This document shows, piece by piece, positions 46,629 to 59,159 of a DNA stretch of 64,000 nucleotides. Below the pieces are notes generated by a model. That model worked only from the letters and a program-made list of their open reading frames with translations, searched no databases and was not told the origin of the DNA. The stretch is from Fimicolochytrium jonesii. Its lineage: Eukaryota. Within the stretch, counting starts at the first letter, position 1. Each line of letters begins with the position of its first letter. The translations under genes and the position numbers were made by a program. The DNA is taken from assembly GCF_025526975.1 (NCBI RefSeq), contig NW_026515696.1, positions 310,001-374,000 of the forward strand, given 5' to 3'.

Positions 46629-49600
46629 ATGAAGGACACAAAAGATGCGAGCACTCGGCGGGACGGCAAAGACAATAAAATTCCACGCACAGCGGATCTG
46701 AAGGATGTCGAGGCAGACAGCGACGCCGTGTCGGACTCCACAGCGGTTAACGCAAGCAACAGCGGGCTTGTGTTCTGGTTAATCACTTTGGGTCAAGCAT
46801 CAGTTGCTCTTGGCATCTTCCTCCTCTTCTGGTGTCTCGAATACAGTGACTCCCTAACCATTGGCTCGATTCCCGCTGATTGGTGATTTACGTTTTGATA
46901 ACCGTCCTCCTTATGTGTTCGGCACGGTGTGCGCAGATGCTGGTAGTCAAAGCGATGGCGCTGCTGGTCAGCCGGAAAGCTTCCTCGACCGAAGGAGCCT
47001 CCATTGGACCGCTGCTTTTCTGCGCTCACATCCATGTACCGCTTAGTTCGTCGATGTCAGGGTTTATGAGATTCATCACCACATTCATGGCCGTATTCGT
47101 CATTGCCGCGGAACTTGCGACGATTCTTGTTTACATCAAGCCGGTTGCGAAACCGGAAATTGCGGCTCATGGCAGTTTGTTGGGCTGGACTGTTCTCCCG
47201 CCGGCGTCTTTGCTGAACACCAGCATACCTCTCGATGCGGGCGGCGTCTTATCTACCATATACACATCTTCGCTGACAGCAACGCGAGCTTATGGCGTGC
47301 CAAAAGCATCTGGGTAGGGAAGCGTCTTCGTCCTACATCCTGAATCGGTTCTGGTTTCAATTGCTAACCCTCGCACTCTAGTCTTCTGGTCACCACACAG
47401 TTCGCAAACCAGCCGCCGACCATCCCAAAGAACGCGACGGTGGGACAGTACAATCTGAAGTGCAAAGTGCCTGGAATACAAGTTTCGTGCAAGTGCAGCG
47501 GGGCCTCAAGCTGGGCGTCTGTGGATGATACCAGTCTGCTTGGAAAGATGTCGAATTTCCTCACATTCTACAACGATACCCACATCATCCTTCCGGCGAC
47601 ACAATCGCCGACCTTTTCCGCCGCATACTTTGTTCCCTGCAGCTGCTCCGCCACTTACGGTTTGGCCGATGTTGAAGGCACGGGGACCGTGCGGAGTAGA
47701 AATCCTTCCATGAAAACGGTGCCAGAGAAGGCCTCATTCTCTGAAATTCGATACGATCTTTCACCTTCGCAGATCGCAGATCAGGGCCCTGCAGGACAGA
47801 CTGGCAACCGTACCGTCGCAGATAGCGCTCACGGAAGTTAGTCTCGTTGGGATCTACACCAATTTCACCCAGACGGGGGCTGAGATCAGTGGGATATCGC
47901 CGATTCTGAGCAGCGGATTGGAAGCATACCTGACCTGGAGCATACCGGCCGTGGCTTGGGGCCAGGCGTCGCAAACGTACGATCTCTATCTGTCGCAGAC
48001 CAACGCATTCAAGGTTTATGTCGGATGGGCCGCGCTCTTCTACGTCACCATCTCCCTCGCAATTTCGTTGGCGTCCCTTTTGTACATGGCAACCGTCGGT
48101 GTACGCAGTTCCCAGCTCGGGATCTTGCGACGTCTGAACGAGCCAGTTTTGATGATGCTCGACCTGGCGAGGGTTCTTTCCGACGCTCGGCAAGCGCTGA
48201 CTGGACTGTACAGCTTGCAGGCTGTCCTGGGAGTCCTCAACTCCTGGCGGCTACGGTACGAAACTTCGGATGACGGGACATTGGGACAGATGACTCATGG
48301 AGAGGGAGTCGGCAATGGTTCTGCAGCTGATGCTTCGGAAGTCGAAGGCCAGGCGGATCTCTTCGGTGAGAAGGGCTTGCAAATCGCCAAATGCCTTCTG
48401 GCATTTCTTCTGAGCGGCACTGTGTGCGTGCTCTTTTGGTGCAGCCGGTTCATCAACATCACCCTGCCCGTCACCGTGCACGCTGATGAATCTGTGCACG
48501 ATTATTCCGAAACTATCCTCTATTGCGCTCTGGTGGTTTTGGCGGAGATTTCGGCCCACTGCTTCCACCATTCCGTAATGGCCGCCGCCGCCGCCTGGAT
48601 TGGTTCCCAACTCAGCCGTCCCTCCGGAGAGACAACGGACTGGGTGCTTTTCGCGGCTGGTGTACGACTACCCATCCGAGCGAACGACGTGTCCAAACGG
48701 GTGCGGGTCTTGCTCGTTTTCGTATTCTCCATGGTCGCACTTGCCTCATCGGTTTTGGTATCGACGAAGATCTTCCACAATTGGGACGTTTTCCATCATG
48801 GAAGTTTGACCGGATACCAAGTGAACCCAAAAAGTTCTAGACCCAAGCACGACGCTCGACACTCGCCGCTATTTTGGCGTCACTATGTCGTGCAGCGCAT
48901 TCCGGATGTACGGAACACCCAGTGCTGGTGGAATCATTGCCAGTGCTCAGTTTGGACAGGCCCCTTCTACCGTACGAGATGTGCCGGTAGGCTCTTACGA
49001 GTTCCGGGCGAAGATACCGGCAACGTACACCAACTGCAAATGCAAGGACAATTGCACGTGGGTTCCTATCTCCGACAGCAGTTTACTCGGATCAGCAAAT
49101 TTCCTCCAAATGGTCAACAGCACGCATCTCATCTTACCATCCCAGCAGACCAAAATATCAACTTCAGCCACGGGTACATGGTGCCCTGTTCTTGCTCGGT
49201 GCGATACGGAGTGGGTGATGTAGAAGGCTCGGCCATGGTCTTTGCCAAAAATTCGGCATTTCGAACGGCCCCTTCACGGGTTTCTGGCGAGCTTGAGCAC
49301 GAGGTCACTCCCGAGCAGAGAATGCGATGGTGGCGCTGATATTGAAACTTGGGAGTCAAGCCGACCTTCTTCGCTACACTCAGGGCACCGGAGTATGGGA
49401 TGTGGCATCGCGACTGCCCATCGACGAGACCGGGGAAACATATATGGGACGAGGGTTGGAATGTATGATCGCGTCAATGCTCTCGCAGGTCCTGCATTAT
49501 GCAGCCGATAGCGTGGTGTACGACATCCCGCTGGGGACCGCCACTGGACTCACGGCAATCATTGGGATTCCGGCAGTAATCTACGTTACAGTCTGCTGTC

Positions 49601-49872
49601 TGACGTCCCTCATTTGCCTCATTGGCTTGCGCGTGATCATGATCCCGGGGAGCCCGTGGTTGGTGAAGCTGACGAAGAGGGTCAAAGAGCCTCTGCTGGT
49701 TTTGACGGACGTCTCTGATGTGATTTCAAAGTGCACACCTGAGAAGCCGTCGCAGACAGAGGAACAGATCCTAGGGAGGGTGATGTCGAGTCGATTGCGG
49801 TACGAGGTAGCGGACGGGAAGGCCGGGAACCGTTCGGGTTTGGTTCTCAGCAGGAACAACCTTCGAGACTAG
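46629..49872 (+). pseudogene. Internally duplicated multi-pass membrane protein gene with about five frameshifts and one intron (47314-47381)
   Basis: Two homologous halves: LLFWC/VLFWC, HGSLLGW/HGSLTGY, CKC...DTSLLG/CKC...DSSLLG, THIILP/THLILP, VPCSCSATYGLADVEG/VPCSCSVRYGVGDVEG, EPVLMMLD/EPLLVLTD, RLRYE/RLRYE. Confidence 0.7.
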
Positions 49873-50510
49873 CCTAGTCCGATATTCCCGAGAGACCTGA
49901 CGCTGTTTTTTGGTAGTCTGCTTGATGTGATTTGCTTAAATAGTAAATAACCGCCTTCCTTGTCTGAATCGTGGGATGAGAAAAGCGCAAGTTGACAGGG
50001 ACTCCTGAATTGACAGTACCACGCGCTCCACGTTTTCCATTTCAAGTTTTCAACAGCGTGACCCATTTCTTTGCAGATTGCACGAGCTACAACAAAGTCG
50101 CAGCTCGGCGCTCTCGGCGGCGTCATGAACCGACGTTCGGCGTGCATTGTGCAACGTGGCTTTCTATTCGGTCATTCGGAAATTCGAATTCTCGGCGTTC
50201 CTTTCGGAGGTTCTGCTCAATATCGAATTACGACGAATCGACGCGGCGACGCCCATGTCTCCCAACGTGCCATGTTGATGGCCCGCCTTCAAGTTTTGCA
50301 CCGATGGGCGCTATACAGCTGTTCAGTATCCCAGGGGAATACTAAGTGGATAGAAACGCATGACATGAGGCCCGAGAGCTGTGAACTTTGTCGCGGACCG
50401 CTGATCTGGTACGGCAACTCGATCAATTGTCGGGTGATATAAAGAGGCAGTGTGAGCAGGAAGCAATCCTCTTTGTGCCCGCTGCCAGTTCTTGATCAAC
50501 CTCCCTCAAA

Positions 50511-52503
50511 ATGCTCGTCGTTCCTTTCCTGTTGGCTGTCGCCACCGCGACATCCGTCTCTTCGGCTGCTCCCACTCCCACTACCGTGACACCTGCCGGA
50601 ACGTATACGGGCAAGGCCTGCCCGCAGTCGCCCACATACGCACAATACTTAGGCATCCCCTTCGCCAAGCCGCCTACCGGTGACTTGCGATTCGCGGCTC
50701 CCGTCGCATACGATGGTCCATTCAAGTCCAACGTTACCCAGATGCCGCCGGCTTGCTATCAGAACGCTTTCTCCGGATTCCCTGTGCCCGCTAACCAAAG
50801 CGAAGACTGTTAGTGTCAGAGTTGGAAATCTTTTTCCCATGAAAGAAAGCTCATACCATCGTACCCTTCTCTCCTGTTACTCACAGGTTTATTCCTCAAC
50901 GTTTACGCGCCCGTTATCAGACCCGCCAAGCCTCTGCCCGTTCGTTTCTTTATCTGTATGTACTGTAACTAAGTTTGGGCGGCTCATAATCTTGTGTTGT
51001 TTTCGTTGCTGACAGAAGCGAACTTCTTTGTTTAGATGGAGGTGGATTCCAGAGTGGTGACGTCTCTTCCCACTATTACGATGGATGCCAGGCCGTAAGA
51101 AGGGCCGCGCCTCCTACGGATTCGATTGTCGTCACCGTGAATTACCGCGTTGGCCCACAAGGATTCTTGGCACACCCTGTTTTCGCCGCGGCCGATGGGT
51201 CCGTCGGCAATTACGGATTCCTCGACCAGCAGCTTGCTCTGAAATGGGTCAAGGCCAATATCCGACAGTTTGGCGGCGACCCAGCAAAAGTTGTAATATT
51301 TGGAGAGTCAGCAGGAGGAAATTCCGTTTTCGCCCATATGGCCGCCCCATCCAGCGCCGGTCTCTTCTCCGCGGCTGTGTCGCAGAGCGGTCTCGCAGTC
51401 GGGATGTTCCCCAAGGATGTCGCAGCGGAAGTCGCTCGCGAGTTTGCGAACAACGCCGGATGCACTTCCGGGGATGTTGCCTCGTGTTTAAGGTGCGTTG
51501 CGAATCATCCGGAGCGTCAATTTTCTGTATATATGCTAAGCCCTTCATCCCTATCAGGTCCTTACCGCCTGCAGCTATCTTGAACGCGAGCATGGTTTCA
51601 CCGTCTCTCGGGCAACCGGGCTACAAGTTTACGGACATACTCAAGTACGGGACTCCGGACTATGGGCTGGTCCAAGACGCGGTGACTTTTCCGAATGTGT
51701 CGCGAGATGCTTTCCTGAGCGGAGAGTTCAACAAGGTGCCCGTGCTCGCGGGCACAAATCTCAAGGAGGCCAATCTGTTCTTACCAAGACACAACTTTAC
51801 TGAGGACGATTACAAGACTTATATATCGGATTCCTTCCCGGCCAACCTGACCTCCGCCGTCTCAGCGCTTTATCCTCTTTCCGCAATGTCCCCGGCGGCC
51901 GCAATCTCCCAGATCGCTACGGATCGTTGGATGGCGTGTCCCAGTCGTCGCGACCTGAAAGCCATTGCCGCGGCCGGAGTTCCCACCTACGCCTACCTCT
52001 ACAATGTCACGCTTTCTTGCAACTTCATCCCAGGCGTTCCGTCCAAATTGCTCGGGCCGTCGCACTACTCGGAAATCCCACTCGTCTTTGATTTCACCAC
52101 CTTCGCCGGGCCTTGTACTGCCACCCAGGCGGAGCAGGATCTGGCGCTTGCCATGGGCATCGCCTGGACATCCATGGCCGAGCGGGGTCGTCCGTTCAAT
52201 GACACCGCCGCGACATGGCCACAGTACCCGGGGTATGAGGATCTGAGCGTGGCCGGGCCTACCGCCGTTACCACGGAAAAACAGCTTGACTACTGGAATC
52301 CTCGCTGCGCGATTTTCGACCAGATCGATTGGCCCTACGTTATTACGCAGACCAACTACACTACTCAAAGCAACGGTACTGGAGCCGCCTCGACACCTTC
52401 CGGGTCCTCGAGCGGGTCAAACACAAACTCAGCCTCGGCCCCGGCCGGGCACATCGCCCCGGCTATGATGGTGGTTGTTGTTCTCGCACTTGCGATCCTC
52501 TAA
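50511..52503 (+). CDS. Secreted type-B carboxylesterase/lipase, probably GPI-anchored; 4 exons (50511-50808, 50887-50955, 51036-51492, 51558-52503)
   Basis: YLGIPFAKPPTGDLRF, SEDCLFLNV, YGGGF, NYRVG, GNYGFLDQ, FGESAG (catalytic Ser), GTNLKE, SHYSE; Ser/Gly-rich linker and hydrophobic C-terminus. Three GT-AG introns restore the frame. Confidence 0.92.
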
Positions 52504-52811
52504 GCTATAGGACATTAGCATCTCTCGTTGTTAGAATTGTATTTTAGATTTCTTACTGTACAGTACACAGTCATGTCTACAACCGGTCAGCCGCGCTAGA
52601 AACTTCCTAGTAGCGCCAAACTTTGCTGCAGGGAATCCCGCCTTCCAAACTTCTCGTCTGCTGCCCATGGCTAAGAAGAAAACACGTTGTGCTTCGGTAA
52701 GGCGCGCAGGACGACCCTTTCTGAACGCCCCTGAAGGCAACAGCCTCTCGGTCCACTGCCTAATGGCAGTATGTAGCATGCTGGGGGCTCCTCATTTGAT
52801 ATGTTGCCACC

Positions 52812-53895
52812 TCAGTCGCTTCCTACAATTACCACCACCTTCCCTCCAGCCTTTCCACGCGCCTCGCATCGCCGCATGGCGTCCTTACCGTCTTTCAAGT
52901 CAAAGGGTTGATCAACGCGACCCCTCAATCTGCCCTGGCTAACAAGCTTGCCGAGGTGTTCCAATTGCCGCCCGTCCGGTTCAGCAATGAAAAAGGATGC
53001 AGTTTTTCGAATTTTGAGACCTCCAACGGCGAAGTTGCGATAGAGGACATTGGAGCCGCAATCGAGATGATCCGTCCGCCTGGTTCGAGAATGGACGAAG
53101 GATCGAGCAGAATCTCGCGTGCAAGCGCACCACCTACGGTATCAATCTCGAGATGACACTTCTTCAGACTCTGTTTTTGGATGTTTTTCGCAAGTGAGGT
53201 GAAGGATGGAGGAGTGATGTCGATTGTTGCGGCGGCATGAAACGAACGAACCAGGTCGAGTGATTGCACACTGCACACTGCGTAACGTGCATGTCCGACC
53301 GAGCCGGGGGCGTCGGTCAAAAGGAGCCGTATATCCGAGATTGTCGGAACCACATCTAAACTCGGGGCTGCAGAGGCCAGGCCACTTTCAATAAAAACCG
53401 CCTGATAGGCCGTCAGTCCGGATAGGGAAATCGTTACAAGCTCTTTGTTCCATTCGGAGGACGAGATGTCTTGTGGACACGGAGGAGCCAGCGAAAGCTC
53501 GTGTTCAAGCGCTAAGGTAAAGTCGGCGGTCATAGGCAAGGAGAGCCCAGACGAGGTCTCCCTCGCGAAATTTGGGTGTCGGTGAGATTCCAGTGGCTGG
53601 GTCTGGCGCAGCGGGATAGATCTGGTGGATTATCCCCACGAGATCATGCCCCGGGATCGCCCCGCGGTGCTCATGGAACCGGGAGGGCTCGAGTACTTCA
53701 GCCCAAGTCAGTTCCCCGCGAGTGAAAGCTGTGGTGAGAACGCGGACTGAGTATTCTAATTGTCCAGCCGATTCGGCTCCGGTGGGTCAGGGGATACTGA
53801 TGAGAATTGGAGGTCCGCTGATGCAGGAAGCTTTCCAGGAACTCGAAAGGGGGCGAAGAGTTGATAGAATGTCCCGGGAGATGAAGTGCTCGCAT
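52812..53895 (-). pseudogene. Zn-independent medium-chain dehydrogenase/reductase (quinone-oxidoreductase-like) pseudogene
   Basis: Across frames: MRAL..., TAFTRGELTW, IPGHDLVG, FREGDLVWALL, SGLTAYQA, DTVGG, GGRIISIA, GKVVVIV*. The nucleotide-binding loop is altered (TDAPGSVG) and there are several frameshifts. Confidence 0.78.
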
Positions 53896-54772
53896 TATTG
53901 GGCCTGATATGTGAGGGGACTGCGCTGTAAGGAGTAATACATACTGTAGTTGTCGTCGCCGGAGGCGGTGGTTAGCAAATGAGTACTGGTGCTTTCCTCG
54001 CAGTGGGAGCACAACCACAAGGATGACAGCAGCCCGACGGGAAAGTGACGGGTGACGCGCTGTCGAAATATCTCAATGGTCTCTCCGACATTGCGCAACT
54101 CTTTTTCCCACGCTACAAAAATGCATGGGTCGAAGAATACGCCTCGAATGTTCCCTCATGAGCACGACGAAGTATTGACATAACGTATTCCTTCTGCATT
54201 CAGCGCCCAATCGACCAGCCGTCTGAACACCCTCAACGTCTTCCGGTAGCATGTTTTGCGGGCATCTGAACATCACTGACTTATTACCTATACGATCTAC
54301 ATCTTAATTGTCGACAGTTTTACACCACTGCGCTCGGTTTCCACGTAAGCATCCATCCCGCGGTTCTATGGTCCTGAACGGGGGACAAAGAATTTGACAG
54401 CGCGTGCTCCGTCCCGTCTAGCAAATGTGAAGGCTGTGTGAAACAGTGTGAGGAATAGCCAGACTGTCCCAACTTGAAAGCCAGTCTCTCAGTCTTCAAA
54501 AACCGGGAAGCAACTCCACCCCATCGCTCAGAGTCTCAATCCATCGAAGCCGCAAAGGAAGTGGAACGTACTTGCAGAAAATGACGACTGACATTGACAC
54601 TCGCCGGGATGGGATATAATAGAGATGGGGTGGGAGAAAGAATAACTGCCAAAAAGTGATGACAGCCTTGCGCGGGAAATAACAGGCTTCCGCGCGAAAT
54701 AACTTACGTTCTTAGGGTTACATGCGCGAGTAACAGCCAAAAGAAGTCCACGGATCTAGGGTCTTTCCTGGA

Positions 54773-54897
54773 GGCGGCAACGCCGCCGTGGCCAGGCCTT
54801 GTTTGGGTAACTAACCTACCATAACAACACGCTCCGCTCGGACGGCCTTCCGCCCGGTTAGGGCTGGGTGTTACTAACCCCTAATCCTAACCCTAAC
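54773..54897 (+). mobile_element. Possible Helitron-like terminus: GC hairpin plus CTTG|T, followed by degenerate CCCTAA repeats
   Basis: Hairpin GGCGGC-AAC-GCCGCC (54773-54787), CTTGT 10 nt downstream, CTAACCCCTAATCCTAACCCTAAC at 54874-54897. Confidence 0.3.
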
Positions 54898-57186
54898 TGG
54901 GGCACTTAGCAAGGTAGCGTGGATAGCAAACACGGGTAGCGTCGTTAGCAACTGCCTTTTTTTAGCACCATGAGGCTCTACACCGCACACTCCCTACTCA
55001 GCTACATACGATATGTCCAGCGTATCCAGCCATTAATCTGATCTACGGCCCAGACCCAGACTCCGAGGACAACGAACCAGAGGAGCCAATTTGTACGTGG
55101 AAGGAATGGTCCACACCACTTTAGGTGAGAATGAGAAGCCGCACACAATACCAAAGCCGATCGCTTGAGGCAGCCTGCATTGGGGCGGCCTCGCGGTGCG
55201 CTCTTCTGTTCACGATCGCTTGAGGCAGCCCCCTGCTAAATCTGTGCCGCCAGACTTTGCCTGGTTCCCTTCACGAAACTATCCCCATCAATGATCTCCA
55301 CCGTAATGCCTTCCCCGGCAGTGTCTCAACACTTCTACCTTTTGAATTCTTCAGTTCCGCACGACTTTCAATGTGTCAACTCTCGCCGACATCTGCAATG
55401 CTCCGCAACATTTTTCAGGTCGCTTACGCTGGATCCCTGTTCTTCTTTCCGTCATCGGCGTCCGTATCGATCTCGTCGATGTATGCGAAGCATATGCTGA
55501 CTCCATAGTTTTACAGGTCCCTCTGTCTTTACCCCCTCGGCCCAGTCGCCAGAAAATCATCCGGTTAATATCAGGCGTAACCTTCCCTGACTGCAGCATT
55601 CCAGAGCACAGTACAGCCTGGCCAGCGTCGGAGTCCGCAGAGGATGCACAGAGGAATCAAGTGGCCCAAAGGTCGGTGATTGCAATGCGCCGAGAGGGCA
55701 TCCCCAAGTACTGGACATACATCATCGGGCTGGGTTGAATGGTTTAGATTAAGATGAACTTCAAAGCGTTGGCACAGGCATCGTCCCTGCTGACCACCAT
55801 TTACCTTGCGATGGTTGGGCGCCCTGGCGGTAAATCATTGGTTCAAATGAGTTGTCATCCCGCTTGTGCCGAGCAGATGGAGCGTAGCCAACAGAGCCTT
55901 CGTATACTGTAGTTTAGAGTCCTTTCTTTCCCTCTCGGCGACCGGTTTTGTTCTGTTTTGTTCCTGTAAAGTGCCGAAGGTCTCATACTCGACCGGGTAC
56001 TTCCCGCGACAGTCCAACGCACTTTTCTTTCGGAAATGCTAAAACGACACCTTGCCATCACTCGCTTGAGGCTGACTGCATTGGGGCGGCCTCGCCGTGG
56101 TTTGACTGCATTGAAAGGAGGAGGAACTCATGTAATAGGTGATAGGGGTAGATAGCATAGCTTTGTTGTTCTTGGAAAAGTGCGTTGGACTGTCGTGTGC
56201 GTTGGACTGTCCGGCACTCTCTGGATCTTCCAGAGAGTGCCGCCGGAGCGCCGTCGGCGCGATTGCGGGCGAGTATGATACGAGACCTTGGCAAGGGTAA
56301 GCGGGCGTAGCCTTTCTTATCACTTGACGATGGATCGGACAGTTGGGATCGCTTCTCGATTGGTGAGGTGAGACGCATCGAACCGACGGTCGATACACAC
56401 AGCGATTGGTCAAGCTCGCCAATGATTATTACGCATTATGCCGCCGAAGAGAAAACCCGCGACCGCCTAGGCTGACGAGACGCTCGGCGAAAATCAGGGC
56501 GGAGAAACGTGAGGCGTCGTTCGCCAAAACAGAACTCCAGTGATGAAAAGAATCGGATAGAAGAGTATTTTGATGATATTTTGATTTTCATTGATTGTGG
56601 ATAAACATAGAGTAGATAAATATAGGGGAAGAAACTAGAGCACGCCAGAACATGAGAAAAGAGAAGATCGTTGACAAGGGAAAGTATGGCATGCCAGAAC
56701 ATGAGAAAAGAGAAGAACGTCGAAAGGAAAGTAGAGCAGGCCGGGAAGAGAATCATGTCGCGACAGAGAAGGGGAGAGGAGAGTCGTGAAGGAGAAACAT
56801 AATCGGGGAATAAGAAACCTTACTAAACTAATGGCTTCCGTGCGTGATGATGATGAGACAGGCGGTCGCTTGTTCTGGGGACGCGGAAGGTGGTCGATGG
56901 CTTTGTGACCGATATGGGGTAGGACCGTCGACCGATATGGGGTAGATGAATGTCGTTTCGAAGTCGCTGAACGGAGTCAGGATGATGTGGTTTGCGCGGA
57001 CTTGTACGTGACTGTTTTCGGTGTTCGTGAAGTTGTTTCAGGCTGCCGTGCTTGCTGCGTTCTTCGAGTTTCGTAGGCTTTTTGGTTGACCGGAAGGGAA
57101 TGGCGGTTTGAGCGGACGTGAGAGCGGGATTTTTTTGAGGAATCGAGGGATGGGGATCGGAGGGTATGAGGGCTTGCGATGAGGTG

Positions 57187-57530
57187 CGAACGAGTGCTTT
57201 TGACGAGTGCTTTTGACGAGTGCTTGCGAACGAGTGCGTTTGACGAGTGCTTGCGAACGAGTGCGTTTGACGAGTGCTTGCGAACGAGTGCGTTTGACGA
57301 GTGCTTGCGAACGAGTGCTTTGGACGAGTGCTTCCAGGCGACGACGCAGGACTTTGTGAGCGTTTTGCGGTGGGTCGTACGTAGTATTTGGCTTGCAATG
57401 CTGGTTGCATCGTCGCCGGTTCGAGTTTTGACGAGTGCTTGTAGGCGACGACGCAGGACTTTGTGAGCGTTTTGCGGTAATCGTAGTATTTGGCTTGCAA
57501 TAGTGGTTGCATCGCATCGTCGCCGGTTCT
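57187..57530. repeat. 27-bp minisatellite (GAGTGCTTGCGAACGAGTGCGTTTGAC) x4-5 plus an adjacent duplication of about 110 bp
   Basis: Directly visible; translates as KHSSNALVR repeats on the minus strand. Confidence 0.9.
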
Positions 57531-58341
57531 CGTTGTTTGATGTGTTCGTTCGCATTGAATTGTTGTGTGTTCGGTTGGATCGCAACTGAGAGTGTGAAGT
57601 AAGTAGCCCTCTCCCCTCCGTCCCATCACCATCATCGCCTAAGGCAATTTGTGACCCAAAAGTCCCATCCAAATCACGGAGAAAGTCAGAAGATCCAATA
57701 GCCCGGCCAAGCGAAGCAGTGAGCGCAAAGAAAAGGTTAGTCTTCAAGCCCAACGGACGTGGCTTTCTCTCGCTTTGCGAGCCGCCACGCCAATCGCATC
57801 AACTTCGCCGATCGTAGATACTGTGTATGCTTCACCGTCTTCGCAGACGGGTCCGGGGATGAGATAAGGCTCACCCCTAACAAGCTTAGGATCGACAACG
57901 AATGACGAGAGGTCAAACGTTGAGGATCCCCACCCTGGCTCAAACAAGCACCTTGTGCTCTAACCCTCGAGTGCGACGGTCCCAGCGGAATCACCCGCCA
58001 GCATGCCGCACCGAGTTGGATGACACGAAATCTTCAGTGGCGCGCTGTTGCGCTGACTCCAGTACACCGGACGAACGGCAGCAGAAAGCATCGGCGCTGC
58101 TTGCTGTCATGTATCTGTTGATCTTGGCTGCCGTTCTTGCGTCCGCTGTCTGGAGGTGTTTGGAAAGCCGAAAGCGGGGCCTGTAGTGGGCCACGTTTGC
58201 AAGTCAGGCTTGGTCGATCTCCTTACAGAACCACCAGGGGACCTGAGCCTCCCGAAGGAGTCAAACGTCTCCTGACGAGGGTTGAAAACCATGTCAAGAG
58301 CGCGCGATGATGTGTTGTCCGGGGGTGAGCGAGCATCCTGC

Positions 58342-58611
58342 CCCTAAGAGTTCAAAGAATGCGTCAATATACCGAACTTGAAAGACGCGTAGCAGTGAAT
58401 GCAAGACGAGGAGAAGGAAAAGTACTCACCATTGGTCCAAAGGCGACCAACAAGGGCGACCAACGAACGACACTGGGGATGATAGGTCTTGTCCCTAAGA
58501 GTCAAAAGTATGCATCAATATACCGAACTTGAAAGACGCGAAGCAGTGAATGCAAGACGAGGAGAAGGAAAAGTACTTACCATTCGTCCGAAGGCGATCA
58601 ACAAGGGCAAC
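58342..58611 (-). repeat. 151-bp-period duplication containing two near-identical 86-nt intron-like segments (58580-58495, 58429-58344)
   Basis: Minus strand: ATG|GT(A/G)AGTACTTTTCC...ATTGA(T/C)GCAT...CTCTTAG occurs twice. Confidence 0.8.
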
Positions 58612-59159
58612 GAATATGGGCAACACGCAACGAAGGGACAAAGGAGTCCCTTGAGGGGAGAAGATGCGCAACATGGCTCGCGAGCCATGTCGCACATCAC
58701 CTCCCCAGTTGAGACGAAAACGGTATCAGTATGATGGATGCAAGATGTCAAGATGCAGGCAAGATTGGCCGTACATACCATACAACACGAGAGCTGCCCA
58801 TCACCAATGCTCGTACCCAACGGATTGTTGATGTACATGACATGAAATAGGAGTTCCCATCCTCCTCTTCACTTCTGACGATCGTTGAGCGCCCCAGTCG
58901 CTCCTGCGCTCCTGCGCGCAGGAAGAACCGGTTCCCCCGTGCGAAGCTGATGGCCCGAAGGCTGCCGTCCGAAGAACCTTCCCAATGCGCTACAAACTGC
59001 TTGCTCGGCGGCTACCGAATCTCCCTCCCTTCAACCGCGTCCTTCAAAGACTCCTGAATCACATACCTCAGACTCCGGCGCCTCGATTCCCTCAATTCCT
59101 TGTGTATGTTCTCCGCTGTGCGATATGCCGCTGGGTGTCGATCGTTTGAATGGCTTTCG

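Noticed and set aside
55157..56100. Direct repeat of about 40 bp (TCGCTTGAGGC...CTGCATTGGGGCGGCCTCGC) at about 55160 and 56062 as LTRs
   Set aside because: Too short, with no TG...CA ends, primer-binding site or retroelement domains between the copies.
56823..57753. Long minus-strand ORFs of 258-270 aa
   Set aside because: The frames stay open because of a 27-bp tandem repeat and all three frames are similarly open, so coding is unsupported.
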